DNA of 64,000 nt. It comes from Treponemataceae bacterium (lineage in GTDB: Bacteria; Spirochaetota; Spirochaetia; Treponematales; Rectinemataceae). The translations under genes and the position numbers were made by a program. The notes below the pieces were generated by a model that had not been told where the DNA came from, ran no database searches, and saw nothing but the letters and a program-made list of their open reading frames with translations. Within the stretch, counting starts at the first letter, position 1. Each line of letters starts with the position of its first letter. Shown one piece after another: positions 46,855-57,538 of the stretch. Location: the NCBI GenBank assembly GCA_963677895.2, contig CAXXGJ010000038.1, positions 448,001-512,000 on the forward strand, given 5' to 3'.

Positions 46855-47565
46855 TTACTTCGCCAAAGGTTTCCTGTTTTCCCAAGCGCTCTTCAGGGCG
46901 GCGAGATAGGGGCCATGGGCATCGTTCAGGCTCATCGTGGCGCCGGTTCGCACGTCGACGAGCATGGCCTTCTCCGCCTCATTGAGGAGGGCGACCTTGG
47001 CCATATCCTTCTCAACCTTCGTCTCGGGATTGAGGGGGCGGCCGTTCACGTCGCTGAAGTACCTGGCAAACCATGCATTGATCTCGTCCACCGTCTTTCC
47101 GACAAAGAGTTTCTCGTAGACATCCATCTGGTGATACCAGTCGTTTCTCGGATTCATGCCGTAGTCATCGCCGCGGTCGCGCTTGGTCTTCCAGCCGTTT
47201 ATGTCAGCCGCCACCGCATCGACGGTCGTGGGAGCCTTCCCCGCCACTTTTTCCGTCTTGTGGTCGGTGAAGTTGGGCTCGGGACTCCCGGGCCAGCCGG
47301 CGAAATGGGGCATTGAAGCGCCGTCGTAGTTGGGCGTGCTGACTTCGAGGGCGTCGAATTCGCAGTCCACGACTTTCCCCGCCGCGTCGAAGATGACGGA
47401 GGAAAATACAAAATTGAAACTGTATACCTGCGTTCCCGTGCTGTCCTTGCCCGGTCCGAGGCGGAAATTGGACGCGTGCCCAAGCCCGAGATACATACCC
47501 TGTGCCCCCACCGCGGTGAGCGCCAGCAGGGCGATCGCGAGTACAATCCCGATTCGCTTCTGCAT
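46855..47565 (-). CDS. Secreted protein with FMN-attachment (flavinylation) motif
   Basis: Signal peptide MQKRIGIVLAIALLALTAVGA; TKR...YGM...W..Q....E motif; DVRTGATMS fits Dxx[ST]GAT. Confidence 0.7.
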   Translation of the reverse strand: MQKRIGIVLAIALLALTAVGAQGMYLGLGHASNFRLGPGKDSTGTQVYSFNFVFSSVIFDAAGKVVDCEFDALEVSTPNYDGASMPHFAGWPGSPEPNFTDHKTEKVAGKAPTTVDAVAADINGWKTKRDRGDDYGMNPRNDWYHQMDVYEKLFVGKTVDEINAWFARYFSDVNGRPLNPETKVEKDMAKVALLNEAEKAMLVDVRTGATMSLNDAHGPYLAALKSAWENRKPLAK

Positions 47566-47747
47566 AGAAAACTCCTGTTCAGGAAGATTTGCGGCCATTG
47601 GCCGCTGCCGATCATAATAAATCCGACTATGCAGTTTTGTAAATATTAAATTATCAATATTATTAGATATATAAATATTGGCATGAACCAAGAACGTCAT
47701 TTCGGCAGGGACTGAAGCATGATGCCGCCGGCTGAACGTATAGAGGT

Positions 47748-49382
47748 ATGGACATACCCATCGATCTCCCGAAGGAGCCAGGAAGCGATCCCGTGGCCGA
47801 GCTTGCCAGCAGCCAGTTCGGCATAGATTATCTCTTCCCCCTCCAGCGGATGGCCATAGCCAATATCCTGGACGCGATGGAAACGGAGGAGAGGGTGCGC
47901 CAACTCGTCCTTTTCCCGACGGGATTCGGCAAAAGCCTTTGCTTCCAGCTCCCTGCCCTTCTCGCTCCCGGCCCCAGCGTCGTCATCTATCCCCTTCTCG
48001 CGCTCATGAACGACCAGAAAAAAAGCCTGGAAAAGCGAAAGATTCCTTGTGCCGTCTTCAGAGGAGGCATGGAGGAAGGCGAGAGGAAGGCGCAATGCGA
48101 AGCCGTCAGCGACGGAAGCGCGAAAATCGTGATAACGAACCCCGAATGCTTGGCGACGCCGCGGCTACGGGAATTCCTGGCGGGCGCCCATATCTTCCAT
48201 ATGGCCATAGACGAGGCTCACTGCGTGAGCGAATGGGGAGAGACCTTCAGGCCGTCCTATCTGAAACTGGGCGAATGCATCGAGACAATCAAGCCCAAGG
48301 TCGTGAGCGCCTTCACCGCCACGGCCAGCCCCACCGTCGCCGAAGCCATCGCGCGCTATATCTTCGGCGCGGAAGTCTTTTCGCTGGTGACCGCCGATAT
48401 AGATAAGCCCAATATTCGTTATTCGGTGGAGGCTACCCTCGCGCCCGTCCACACCCTCCTCCGGCTCGTTAGGGCCAAACCGAAACCGCTCATCGTTTTC
48501 GACCAATCGCGCAACGGAGTGAGAAGAACCTGCGAAATCATCAGGGACAACACCAATATCGATACAAGGTTCTATCACGCGGGCCTGACGAGGGAGGAAA
48601 AAAACGCGACGGAAACCTGGTTCATGGAGAGCGCCGATGGCGTGCTGGCCGCCACATGCGCCTACGGAATGGGGGTGGATAAGCGAAACATAAGGACGGT
48701 CATCCATTATTCGGAACCCCCGTCGGTGGAAGCCTACATCCAGGAGGCTGGAAGAGGCGGGCGCGACGGCCAGACGGCTGAAGCCATCCTGATTCATTCC
48801 ACGAGCTCCGGCGGGAAAGCAAGAGCCCGGGAGTCAAAAAACGGAGCCCAGGACGCCGAGGAAGAGGAGAGGAACAGGTTGAGGACGATTCGCCAAAACG
48901 CTTTTCTTGAGTATGCCTCGGCGCGGAGCTGTCGACGGGCCTTTCTGCATAGACTCATGGGTTCCGAACTCTCCTCGCCCTGTTCGGGATGCGACATCTG
49001 CGACGGATCGGCGGAGGCCCTGCCTGAAGGTCTTGGCGAAATCCTGGATTTTTTCGGACGCAATCGCGGGCGCTTCACTCTTAGGCAGAGCGTTAAGCTT
49101 CTCTGCCAGCCCACGATCGCCAGCCTCGGCCGCGTAAGCCCGGAGTTCCAATTCCAGCCGGATGACCGCGAAAAACGCGACATCGACGAGCTGGCGATGC
49201 GCTCATTTCTCGCCAGCCCGCCCACATGCGCCGAAGCGGGTTCTCTTTCGGGATGGCAGGAACGGGAAGCCCTGGCCCTTCTCAGGGAGACCATGAGCAT
49301 GGGTATCCTGAAATCGGGCAGCGGTATTCTGAGGAAGAACAAGCTCTATCTGGATAAGGCGAATGCGAAGAAGGTTTTATAG
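47748..49382 (+). CDS. recQ: RecQ-family DNA helicase
   Basis: PTGFGKSLCFQLPAL, DEAHCVSEWGETFRPSY, TATA, YGMGVDK, YIQEAGRGGRDG and CRR...CSGCDIC. Confidence 0.88.
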   Translation: MDIPIDLPKEPGSDPVAELASSQFGIDYLFPLQRMAIANILDAMETEERVRQLVLFPTGFGKSLCFQLPALLAPGPSVVIYPLLALMNDQKKSLEKRKIPCAVFRGGMEEGERKAQCEAVSDGSAKIVITNPECLATPRLREFLAGAHIFHMAIDEAHCVSEWGETFRPSYLKLGECIETIKPKVVSAFTATASPTVAEAIARYIFGAEVFSLVTADIDKPNIRYSVEATLAPVHTLLRLVRAKPKPLIVFDQSRNGVRRTCEIIRDNTNIDTRFYHAGLTREEKNATETWFMESADGVLAATCAYGMGVDKRNIRTVIHYSEPPSVEAYIQEAGRGGRDGQTAEAILIHSTSSGGKARARESKNGAQDAEEEERNRLRTIRQNAFLEYASARSCRRAFLHRLMGSELSSPCSGCDICDGSAEALPEGLGEILDFFGRNRGRFTLRQSVKLLCQPTIASLGRVSPEFQFQPDDREKRDIDELAMRSFLASPPTCAEAGSLSGWQEREALALLRETMSMGILKSGSGILRKNKLYLDKANAKKVL

Positions 49383-49451
49383 ATAAAAACGGCTTGAAGT
49401 GTAGCGATTTTCACCATATCATGTATCATAAGGATACAGATGGAGCGGAAT

Positions 49452-51041
49452 ATGATCCAATACAGGAACCTCGACGATTGCAATAGTTACGCGGCTTTGG
49501 CGAGCCTGCCCAAGGTCGACGTCTCCCGGGCGCTCACGCCGGAACGCGTGGCGGCGTACACGGCGCAGATGCCCGAGGGCTTTACGTTCTGCTACGCCGC
49601 CGCCCCCGTGAACGAAGCGCTGATAGACGCCATGCAGAGGCTCGCGGACGTTCAGGAACTCGTTGAAAAATACAAGGCCCTTGTCAGCGGCGAGGTCATG
49701 AATACCGGCGAGAAGAGAATGGTCCTCCACCATCTGGCGAGGGGACAGCTCGGCCGGGCCGTCGTCTCCGGGAGGACAGGACATCCGCGGCTTCTACGAA
49801 GCCGAACGCGGGAAGATAGCCGATTTCGCGAAGGCCGTGCATTCGGGAAAGATCTTGGGCTCGACGGGCAAGCCCTTCGCGACGGCCGTGCAGATAGGCA
49901 TCGGCGGATCGGATCTCGGCCCCCGCGCCTCCTATATGGCGCTCGAACGCTGGGCCGCGGCGGAGCGCCGGCTGAAGATGCGCGCGCGCTTCATCTCGAA
50001 CGTGGACCCCGACGACGCGGACCAGGTGCTGCGGGGCCTCGACCTCGAGACCACTCTCTTCATCCTCGTGTCCAAGAGCGGAACCACGCAGGAAACGCTC
50101 GCGAACGAGACGCTGGTGCGCAACCGCCTCGAATCCGCAGGCCTCGACGGCTCCAGGCATCTGGTGGCGGTGACGAGCAGGACGAGCCCTCTGGCCCAGA
50201 ATCCCGGCTACATCGCCAGCTTCTTCATCGACGATTTCATCGGAGGACGCTATTCGACATCGAGCGCAGTCGGGGGCGTCGTCCTCTCCCTCGCCTTCGG
50301 TCCCGAAACCTTCGCCGAGTTCCTGGAGGGAGCCCACGCGGTGGATCGGGCCGCCATGGAGCCGAACATACGCAAGAACGCCACGTTGCTCGACGCCATG
50401 ATCGGGCTCTACGAAAGGAATGTCCTGGGCATGCCCTTCACCGCCGTCCTGCCTTACGCGGAGGCCCTGTCGCGCTTTCCCGCCCATCTCCAGCAGCTGG
50501 ACATGGAATCGAACGGCAAGTCAGTCAACCGCGAAGGCAAGCCCATCGCGTATTCCACCGGCCCCGTCGTCTTCGGCGAACCGGGCACGAACGGCCAGCA
50601 TTCGTTCTACCAGCTCCTGCACCAGGGGACGGACAGGGTGCCGCTCCAGTTCATCGGATTCACCGAAAACCAGCATTCCGACGATGTGCTCTCGATGGGC
50701 ACTTCGTCTAGGCAGAAACTCGTCGCCAATCTCCTCGCGCAGATCGTCGCCTTCGCGCGCGGCAAGGAAGACCAGAACCCCAACAAGCGCTTCGCCGGAG
50801 GCCGGCCGTCGACCCTGCTCCTGGGGGCAGGCTGGGACCGAAACAGCTCGGAGCCCTCTTCGCTCATTTCGAGAACAAGGTGATGTTCCAGGGATTCGCG
50901 TGGAACATCAACTCATTCGACCAGGAGGGGGTGCAGCTGGGCAAGCTGCTGGCCAACAAGATGCTCTCGATCATGCAGGGCGAAAAGACCGACGAGGCTG
51001 TCCTGAGCGCCATGGCGAAGATGGCCGGATTCCTCGAATGA
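49452..51041 (+). CDS. pgi: Glucose-6-phosphate isomerase, two compensating apparent frameshifts
   Basis: [10 protein letters not shown] (frame A); [41 protein letters not shown] (frame B); [13 protein letters not shown] (frame A again). Confidence 0.9.
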
Positions 51042-52237
51042 GCGGCGGAACCGGCGGCGTCGCCGCGACGGAGACTAGGACATCCAAAGCCGCCGCGACG
51101 CCGCTCATCGCCTTCACCGGCGGGGGTACGGGAGGACATATCTACCCGGGCCTCGCCGTCATCCAGGCGCTGAGGGCCAAAGGCTTCGGCGGGCGCATCG
51201 TCTGGATAGGCTCGCGAAAAGACCTGGACCGCAACATCGTCGAGAAGGAAGGCATAGAATATTTCGCCATTCCCTCGGGCAAACTTCGCCGCTCCCTCAC
51301 GCTGAAGAACCTGGCCGACGCGTTCCGCGTCGCCGCGGGCTTCGTCGCATCGAGACGACTCCTCGCCTCGCTCAAGCCGGCCCTCCTCTTTTCCAAGGGT
51401 GGTTACGTGAGCGTTCCTCCCTGCCGCGCGGCGGCATCGCTGGGAATTCCCTACTTCACCCACGAATCGGACACGAGCCCCGGACTCGCCACGCGGCTCA
51501 ACGCGGGCAAGGCCGCGAAAATACTCTTGAGCTGGCCGAAGACAGCCTCCATGCTCGGCGCGGCGCTGCGGGACAGGATCGCCATCGTGGGCAACCCCGT
51601 CAGGCCCAGCCTTTTCCTCGGCGACGCCGAAAAAGGCAGGAAAATTCTCGGCGCTCCCGACGGCCTTCCGATCGTCTTCTTCGTCGGCGGCAGCCAGGGT
51701 TCGCGCCAGGTCAACGAAATCGTGCGGGCGATCAGGCCCAAGCTCGAAGGAAAAGCATTCATCGCCCATCAGACGGGCAAGGATCTTTTCGATCCGGCCG
51801 CCAATGCCCAAAAGCCGGGATGCTATACCGCCCTGCCCTATATCGGCGAGGAAATGAGCGACATCCTGGCGGCTTCCACGATCGTGGCGGGCAGAGCCGG
51901 CGCCGGAACGGTCTGGGAATCGGCGGCTCTCGGCAAGCCCATGGTCTTGATCCCCCTCGCGGGCGCGGGAACGCGCGGAGACCAGGTGGAGAACGCCGAG
52001 ATGGCCGAAAAGGCCGGGGCGGGTATCTGTCTCGGTAGCGGAAAGGCTTCGCCGGAAAACACGCTCGCGGCCATCCTGGGCTATCTGGAAAATCCATCGG
52101 CCAGCGATGGAGCCAGGAAAGCGGGCCTCGCTCTCGCCAGCGTAAAAGGCGAAGACGGCGCTTCGGCGCTCTCGGCGGACTACATCGCCGATCTCATCAT
52201 TGAACAAGTAAACAAAGCGCCAGGAGGAACTCTATGA
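51038..52237 (+). CDS. murG: Undecaprenyl-PP-MurNAc-pentapeptide N-acetylglucosaminyltransferase
   Basis: [37 protein letters not shown] and DQVENA. ATG overlaps the pgi stop. Confidence 0.95.
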   Translation: MSGGTGGVAATETRTSKAAATPLIAFTGGGTGGHIYPGLAVIQALRAKGFGGRIVWIGSRKDLDRNIVEKEGIEYFAIPSGKLRRSLTLKNLADAFRVAAGFVASRRLLASLKPALLFSKGGYVSVPPCRAAASLGIPYFTHESDTSPGLATRLNAGKAAKILLSWPKTASMLGAALRDRIAIVGNPVRPSLFLGDAEKGRKILGAPDGLPIVFFVGGSQGSRQVNEIVRAIRPKLEGKAFIAHQTGKDLFDPAANAQKPGCYTALPYIGEEMSDILAASTIVAGRAGAGTVWESAALGKPMVLIPLAGAGTRGDQVENAEMAEKAGAGICLGSGKASPENTLAAILGYLENPSASDGARKAGLALASVKGEDGASALSADYIADLIIEQVNKAPGGTL

Positions 52238-52773
52238 GCACCATGGACTGGATATTCACGGGCATCATCATCATTCTCGCCGCGCGCTGTTTCGTTCGCG
52301 GCTTCGTCCAGGAAGTTCTTTCGGTGGCGTCCTACGCGGTAGGCCTTTTCGCCGGATTGCTTTTCTCCAATACGGTCATAGAATTCGCCGCCAAGAAGCT
52401 GGGGACGGGAGCCTTGCCTCCCAGCGTTCAGTATGTCATCGCCTTCATAATCTGCTTCGTTCTGGGATTCCTCATCATGAAGCTCATCGAAAAACTCATC
52501 CGGGAAGGGCTAGAGGCGGCCAACCTCGACATCTTCGACAGAGTGCTCGGCCTCGTACTCGGGATCGCCGAAGGACTGGCCATCGTGGCGCTCGTCCTCG
52601 TCGTCATGGAAATCCAGCCTTTCTTCGACGTCAAGACAGCCCTGGCCAACTCGTTTTTCGCCAGCACCATGCTTCCCATCATAGGGCCCGCGATAAACGA
52701 AACCTTGAAGCCCGCCCTTGAGGGAACGGGCAAATCCTTGAACCTGCAGAATCTCTTCAAGCCAAAGAAGTAG
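52234..52773 (+). CDS. cvpA: CvpA (colicin V production) family membrane protein
   Basis: RGFVQE, four TM helices and DRVLGLVLG. Confidence 0.88.
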   Translation: MSTMDWIFTGIIIILAARCFVRGFVQEVLSVASYAVGLFAGLLFSNTVIEFAAKKLGTGALPPSVQYVIAFIICFVLGFLIMKLIEKLIREGLEAANLDIFDRVLGLVLGIAEGLAIVALVLVVMEIQPFFDVKTALANSFFASTMLPIIGPAINETLKPALEGTGKSLNLQNLFKPKK

Positions 52774-52775
52774 CT

Positions 52776-54068
52776 ATGTACGAGAATTTACTTGCCCAGG
52801 AAGCGACGGCAGCCTCTCTCATCGGCGATATAGGAAGCGGTTCCCTGCCGCCGGCCCTGTTGTTTTCGGGACCTCCGGCTTCCGGCAAGCTTACCGCGGC
52901 TCTGGAGACGGCCAGAGTCCTTTCCTGCACGAGGCAAGGCGCCTGGAACTGCGCTTGTCCCGATTGCGCGAGGCATCGGCAGCTCATCCACGGCGACCTC
53001 CTTCTCTTCGGGAAACGCAGCTTTCCCGAGGAAATCCTGGTGGCTAAGGAATTTTTCCTCCGTCGCCCCGGCCAGCCCTCCGCCTACTTTTTCCTGCGTT
53101 CGATCCGGAAACTGCTCGCCCGCTTCAACCCCGCGCTGTGGAGCGGCGAGGAAACGAGGCTGGGAAAAGCCGCGAGCCTCCTCCAGTCGATCGAGGAATC
53201 CATGGACCTCATCGATCCCGAGGCGCTGGCCCCCGACAACCTGCGCGAAGGCATCCCGCCTTCCGTCGCCAAAGCCGTGGACTCCGCCTATGCCGACGCC
53301 CTGGCCCTCGAAGTCTTCGCGCCCGAAGCCCCGGGCGTCTTCATGATCCGCAATATGGCGGTCTGGGCCCAGCTGGCCCCCGCCGGGAACTGCAAGACTA
53401 TCATCATAGAAAACGCCGACAGGATGCAGGACTCGGCCAGGAACGCCATGCTGAAAATACTGGAAGAACCGCCGAAAACGGTTCGCTTCATCCTGCTCAC
53501 GAGCCGACGGGCTTCCATGATGGCCACCATCCTCTCGCGTTCGCGGCTCTATTCCTTCGCTCCGCGCGATCAGGCGGCTACCGAGCTCATTCTCTCCAGG
53601 GTCTTCAAATCGAACGAGATGACGCCCAGCCTCCAAGCCTACTTCGAATCCCGCATCCCCTTCCCTCCCGCTCTGGCGAAACTCCACGCGGAACGTTTCA
53701 CCGGCAGGATACTGCTCGACCTGGGCGATAAAATCCCCATCGACGGCCCTTACGGCCGCCTCCTCGCGTCCGACGCGGGCAAGTCGGGAAAATCCATGCC
53801 GGAGCTTCTGGAAGAGCTTGGCGAGGCAACAGGAGGGTTCGGGGCCAAGGACAAGACGATGGCCGGCTCCTTCAACCACTTCATACGCGCCCTGCTTTCG
53901 GTTTTTTCAGGATTGCTGAGGGAATCGGCGGGGGAGCCGGCCATCGTCGCGGCGATAGACCGCTGGTCGCGGCTCGCCCGCGAGGCCGCGATCCAGTACG
54001 GCTCGCTGAACCGGAGCCCTGACCTGCTAATCAAAGTGCTCGCCACATCATTCGGAGACGATCTATGA
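52776..54068 (+). CDS. holB: DNA polymerase III delta'-like clamp-loader subunit
   Basis: ALLFSGPPASGKLT, Zn cysteines, ADRM..SARNAMLKILEEPP and TILSR. Confidence 0.75.
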   Translation: MYENLLAQEATAASLIGDIGSGSLPPALLFSGPPASGKLTAALETARVLSCTRQGAWNCACPDCARHRQLIHGDLLLFGKRSFPEEILVAKEFFLRRPGQPSAYFFLRSIRKLLARFNPALWSGEETRLGKAASLLQSIEESMDLIDPEALAPDNLREGIPPSVAKAVDSAYADALALEVFAPEAPGVFMIRNMAVWAQLAPAGNCKTIIIENADRMQDSARNAMLKILEEPPKTVRFILLTSRRASMMATILSRSRLYSFAPRDQAATELILSRVFKSNEMTPSLQAYFESRIPFPPALAKLHAERFTGRILLDLGDKIPIDGPYGRLLASDAGKSGKSMPELLEELGEATGGFGAKDKTMAGSFNHFIRALLSVFSGLLRESAGEPAIVAAIDRWSRLAREAAIQYGSLNRSPDLLIKVLATSFGDDL

Positions 54069-55258
54069 GATCCTCATTCCTGGGAAAGGCCCTGTCGCGG
54101 GCGGACAAGCTGACAAACGACCAGCTTCGGTCCCTGTTCAATGAACTCGTGCTGTCGAACGACAGGCTGGAAGCCGCCCTCCAGTCGATGTTCGACGGTA
54201 TCGTCGTCTGCAGCCTGAACCATGAGCCCGTGCTCATCAACAAATCAGCCGAAAGGATTCTCCGCATCCAGGGCGGATGGGGAGGAAGCCCCTTCTGGAT
54301 GGCGATCGCCGACGAGGAACTCAAGGATTTCTTCTATAAAGCGCTGACCTCGGAGGAGACGATCCTGGGACGCGAGTTCGCCCTCCAGAGTTCAGGAGGA
54401 ACGCGCATCATAGCGATCAGCCTCTCGGCCCTGCTCGCCGAAGACAGGATAGCAGGCACCATCATCCACATCGAGGACATCACCGAAAAGCGAAAGAAGG
54501 AAACCCAGCTCCGAAGGGCCGAGAGCCTCGCCGCGCTGACGACGCTGGCCGCCGGCGTGGCTCATGAGATCAACAATCCACTGGGTTCCATTTCCATAAG
54601 GATCCAGCTTCTCGAAAAGCTGCTGAAGGCCGAGAATACGGATAAAGCCGCGATCAAGAAGCATCTCAATGTCGTAAAAGAGGAAATGGACAGGCTCAAG
54701 CACATAGTCGTGGATTTTCTTTTCGCCGTCAGGCCGATGGATATACAGCTCATGAGCGAAAACCCGGCCCAGATCGTCGAGGAAATCGCCGATCTCATCC
54801 AGCCCGAGGCCGACAGAAAAGGAATCAATGTCGAAGTGTCGATCGGCGACGATCTGCCGCGCGTTCTCATGGACAAACGCCATATAAAGCAGGCGCTTCT
54901 CAATCTTATCCAGAACGCGATGGCCGCCATGCCCGAGGGGGGAAACCTGGGCATAGCGGTGGCGGCTACCAATGACGAGTTGACGATTTCCGTCTCCGAC
55001 ACGGGCACCGGCATTCCCGAGGATATGCTCACGAAGATTTTCGAGCCGTATTTCACGACGAAAAAGAGCGGGACCGGCCTCGGTCTCACCATCACGTTCA
55101 AGATCATCAAGGAACATTCCGGGGATATCAGCCTCGAATCCAAGGAAGGGAAAGGATCCACGTTCACCATCCATCTTCCCGTTCCTCAAAAAGAGAAGAA
55201 ATCGCTTCCCCAATGGCAGGATTCGGCGGCTATCGCCGGATCACAGGCGGAGGACTAG
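54065..55258 (+). CDS. Cytoplasmic PAS histidine kinase (Hk2/NtrB-like)
   Basis: PAS-like region, AHEINNPL, NLIQNA, DTGTG, FTTK and GTGLGL; no TM helix. Confidence 0.92.
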   Translation: MRSSFLGKALSRADKLTNDQLRSLFNELVLSNDRLEAALQSMFDGIVVCSLNHEPVLINKSAERILRIQGGWGGSPFWMAIADEELKDFFYKALTSEETILGREFALQSSGGTRIIAISLSALLAEDRIAGTIIHIEDITEKRKKETQLRRAESLAALTTLAAGVAHEINNPLGSISIRIQLLEKLLKAENTDKAAIKKHLNVVKEEMDRLKHIVVDFLFAVRPMDIQLMSENPAQIVEEIADLIQPEADRKGINVEVSIGDDLPRVLMDKRHIKQALLNLIQNAMAAMPEGGNLGIAVAATNDELTISVSDTGTGIPEDMLTKIFEPYFTTKKSGTGLGLTITFKIIKEHSGDISLESKEGKGSTFTIHLPVPQKEKKSLPQWQDSAAIAGSQAED

Positions 55259-56659
55259 ATGCAGTTCACCATTCTCATCGTCGACGACGAAAAGAACATA
55301 CGCGACGGTCTCGCCGAGGCTTTCGGCATGGAGGGCTACGCCCCGTTGACCGCATCGGACGGCCAGGAGGCGATGCAGCTCCTCGAGGAACAGTATATCG
55401 ATCTCGTGATTACCGATCTGAAAATGCCGAAAGTCTCCGGCATGGAGCTTCTCCAGCATATCAAGCGCCGCTGGCAGAACGTCCCCGTCATCATCATCAC
55501 GGCCCACGGCGACATATCGGAAGCCGTTTCGGCGATGCAGTTCGGCGCCCTGGAATTCATCACGAAACCCCTCGATCTCGAACATCTCCTGAAACTCACG
55601 AAAAACGCCCTGGAAATCAGGGAACTCTCAATCAAGAACCAGGAGCTGCGCGAGGAGGTCCTCGCCCAGCAGCGCATCAGCTCGATAATCGGCAAGAGTC
55701 CGGCCATGCGGAAAATCTTCGATCTCATCCGCAAGGTGGCGCCTACGAGGGCGAGCGTCCTCATAACGGGAGAGTCCGGCGTCGGCAAGGAGCTGATAGC
55801 CGACGCGCTCCACAATCTTTCTCCGCGCAGGGACAAGCCGCTGATAAAAGTGCATTGCGCGGCGCTGGCCGAAAGCCTTCTGGAGAGCGAGCTCTTCGGG
55901 CATGAAAAAGGGGCGTTCACGGGAGCGCAGACGCGGAAAAGAGGTCGGTTCGAGTTGGCCGACACCGGAAGCTTGTTCCTCGACGAGATTGGCGAGATAA
56001 ACCAGAATGTCCAGATAAAGATCCTGCGGGTACTGCAGGACAGGAAATTCGAGAGGGTGGGCGGCGAATCCACGCTCGAAGTCGATGTGCGATTCATAGC
56101 GGCCACCAACAAGGACCTGAAGGACGAAATTACGGCAGGGCATTTCAGGGAAGACCTCTATTACAGGCTCAACGTCGTCAACATCCACGTCCCTCCCCTG
56201 CGGGAAAGGCGCGAGGACATTCCCCTCCTCGCCGCTACCTTCCTCCACGAATTCAGCCAGGAAAACGGCAAGAAAATCGAGGGATTCGATCCTCGGTCCA
56301 GGCAGGCGCTCTACGCCTACGATTGGCCGGGCAATGTGCGCGAACTGCGCAACTGCATCGAGAGCGCCGTGGTGATGGCCTCGACGCAATTCATAACGGT
56401 GGACGATCTTCCTCCCGGACCGCGTTCCACCCAGGAAAAGAAGGAGCTGCATCTTCCCGCCTTCTGCACGCTCGAGGAGGCCGAAAAAATCATCATCGCC
56501 GAAACGCTCGCCATGCTGGGAGGCAACAAGACGAAGACCGCCGAAGTGCTGAAGATAGGGCGCAAGACTTTGTACCAGAAGATCGAGGAGTACGGAATCG
56601 CCACCGCCGAAAAGCAGGAGCAGGCGAAAGATTCCCCGAAGGACGAGGAAAAAAAATAA
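55259..56659 (+). CDS. Sigma54-dependent response regulator (Rrp2/NtrC-like)
   Basis: REC domain (VDDE, DLKMP), GESGVGKE, GAFTGA, FLDEIGE, WPGNVRELRN and a Fis HTH. Confidence 0.95.
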   Translation: MQFTILIVDDEKNIRDGLAEAFGMEGYAPLTASDGQEAMQLLEEQYIDLVITDLKMPKVSGMELLQHIKRRWQNVPVIIITAHGDISEAVSAMQFGALEFITKPLDLEHLLKLTKNALEIRELSIKNQELREEVLAQQRISSIIGKSPAMRKIFDLIRKVAPTRASVLITGESGVGKELIADALHNLSPRRDKPLIKVHCAALAESLLESELFGHEKGAFTGAQTRKRGRFELADTGSLFLDEIGEINQNVQIKILRVLQDRKFERVGGESTLEVDVRFIAATNKDLKDEITAGHFREDLYYRLNVVNIHVPPLRERREDIPLLAATFLHEFSQENGKKIEGFDPRSRQALYAYDWPGNVRELRNCIESAVVMASTQFITVDDLPPGPRSTQEKKELHLPAFCTLEEAEKIIIAETLAMLGGNKTKTAEVLKIGRKTLYQKIEEYGIATAEKQEQAKDSPKDEEKK

Positions 56660-56679
56660 GGGAGCCTTCCGGCTCCCTT
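56649..56679 (-). terminator. Intrinsic terminator of the fliA operon
   Basis: AAGGGAGCC-loop-GGCTCCCTT followed by a T-tract on the minus strand. Confidence 0.65.
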
Positions 56680-56707
56680 CGGTCGCTTCGCGTTTCGTCG
56701 CAGTCTC

Positions 56708-57520
56708 TCAGAATATGCCCTTCCGGCGGCTTGTGAGCTTGGCCCTGAGCCTGATGATCGCTTTTGTATGCAGCTGGCTAATCCGCGATTCGGTGACATC
56801 CAGTATCCGGCCGATTTCCCGCAGCGTCAGATTCTCATAATAATAGAGCACGAGAACCTTTTTCTCCTTTTCCGGAAGCTCGGTGATCGCCTGTTTAATG
56901 ACCCGCCTGATTTCTTCTTTTTCGACGGAGGAATCGGGGTTGAGACCTCTCGGCGATTCGATGCTCTCGCCGATGCACATCTTCTCGCTGTCGGTGCCGG
57001 AATTCCAGATGTCGTTGAGCGACAGGATGGCGGTGCTGGAAATCTTGCTCATGAGATGCGAGAATTCCGCTTCCCGAAGGTTCATGGAAGCGGCGATTTC
57101 CGAGTCCGAGGCGGGACGTCCGAGTCTCGCCTCCAGGATCATCACCGCCTGCTCGATTTCCTTGGCTTTCTGCCTCACCGAGCGCGGGACCCAATCCATC
57201 TCCCTCAGGTGATCGTACATCGCGCCCCTGATTCTGGTGACGGCATAGGTCTTGAACTTTACGTGTTTGGCCGTATCGAACTTATCGATGGCATCGAAGA
57301 GGCCGAAGACTCCGTATCCCACCAGGTCGTCGTATTCAACAGACGAAGGGAGGTTCGCGGCCACTTTTCCGGCCACGTATTTCACGAGCGGAGCGTATTG
57401 CTCGACAAGATGATCCCTGATCCTGGGGTCACGGCTGCTCTGGTATTGCTCCCAAAGCTCGCGCTCCATCGATTCGGCGGAGTTGTCGATGTCGCTGTTG
57501 CATAAATCTATCGAGTCCAT
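56708..57520 (-). CDS. fliA: RNA polymerase sigma factor FliA/WhiG (sigma28)
   Basis: YAPLVKYVA, DDLVGYG..GL.DAI.KFD, RIRGAMYD.LR.MDWVPRSVR and TESRISQLH. Confidence 0.92.
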   Translation of the reverse strand: MDSIDLCNSDIDNSAESMERELWEQYQSSRDPRIRDHLVEQYAPLVKYVAGKVAANLPSSVEYDDLVGYGVFGLFDAIDKFDTAKHVKFKTYAVTRIRGAMYDHLREMDWVPRSVRQKAKEIEQAVMILEARLGRPASDSEIAASMNLREAEFSHLMSKISSTAILSLNDIWNSGTDSEKMCIGESIESPRGLNPDSSVEKEEIRRVIKQAITELPEKEKKVLVLYYYENLTLREIGRILDVTESRISQLHTKAIIRLRAKLTSRRKGIF

Positions 57521-57538
57521 GGCTGATCGGCCCTCCTG

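Noticed and set aside
50420..51037. 605-aa MurG with a long N-terminal extension
   Set aside because: The extension is an off-frame reading of pgi; the real start is ATG 51038, overlapping the pgi stop.
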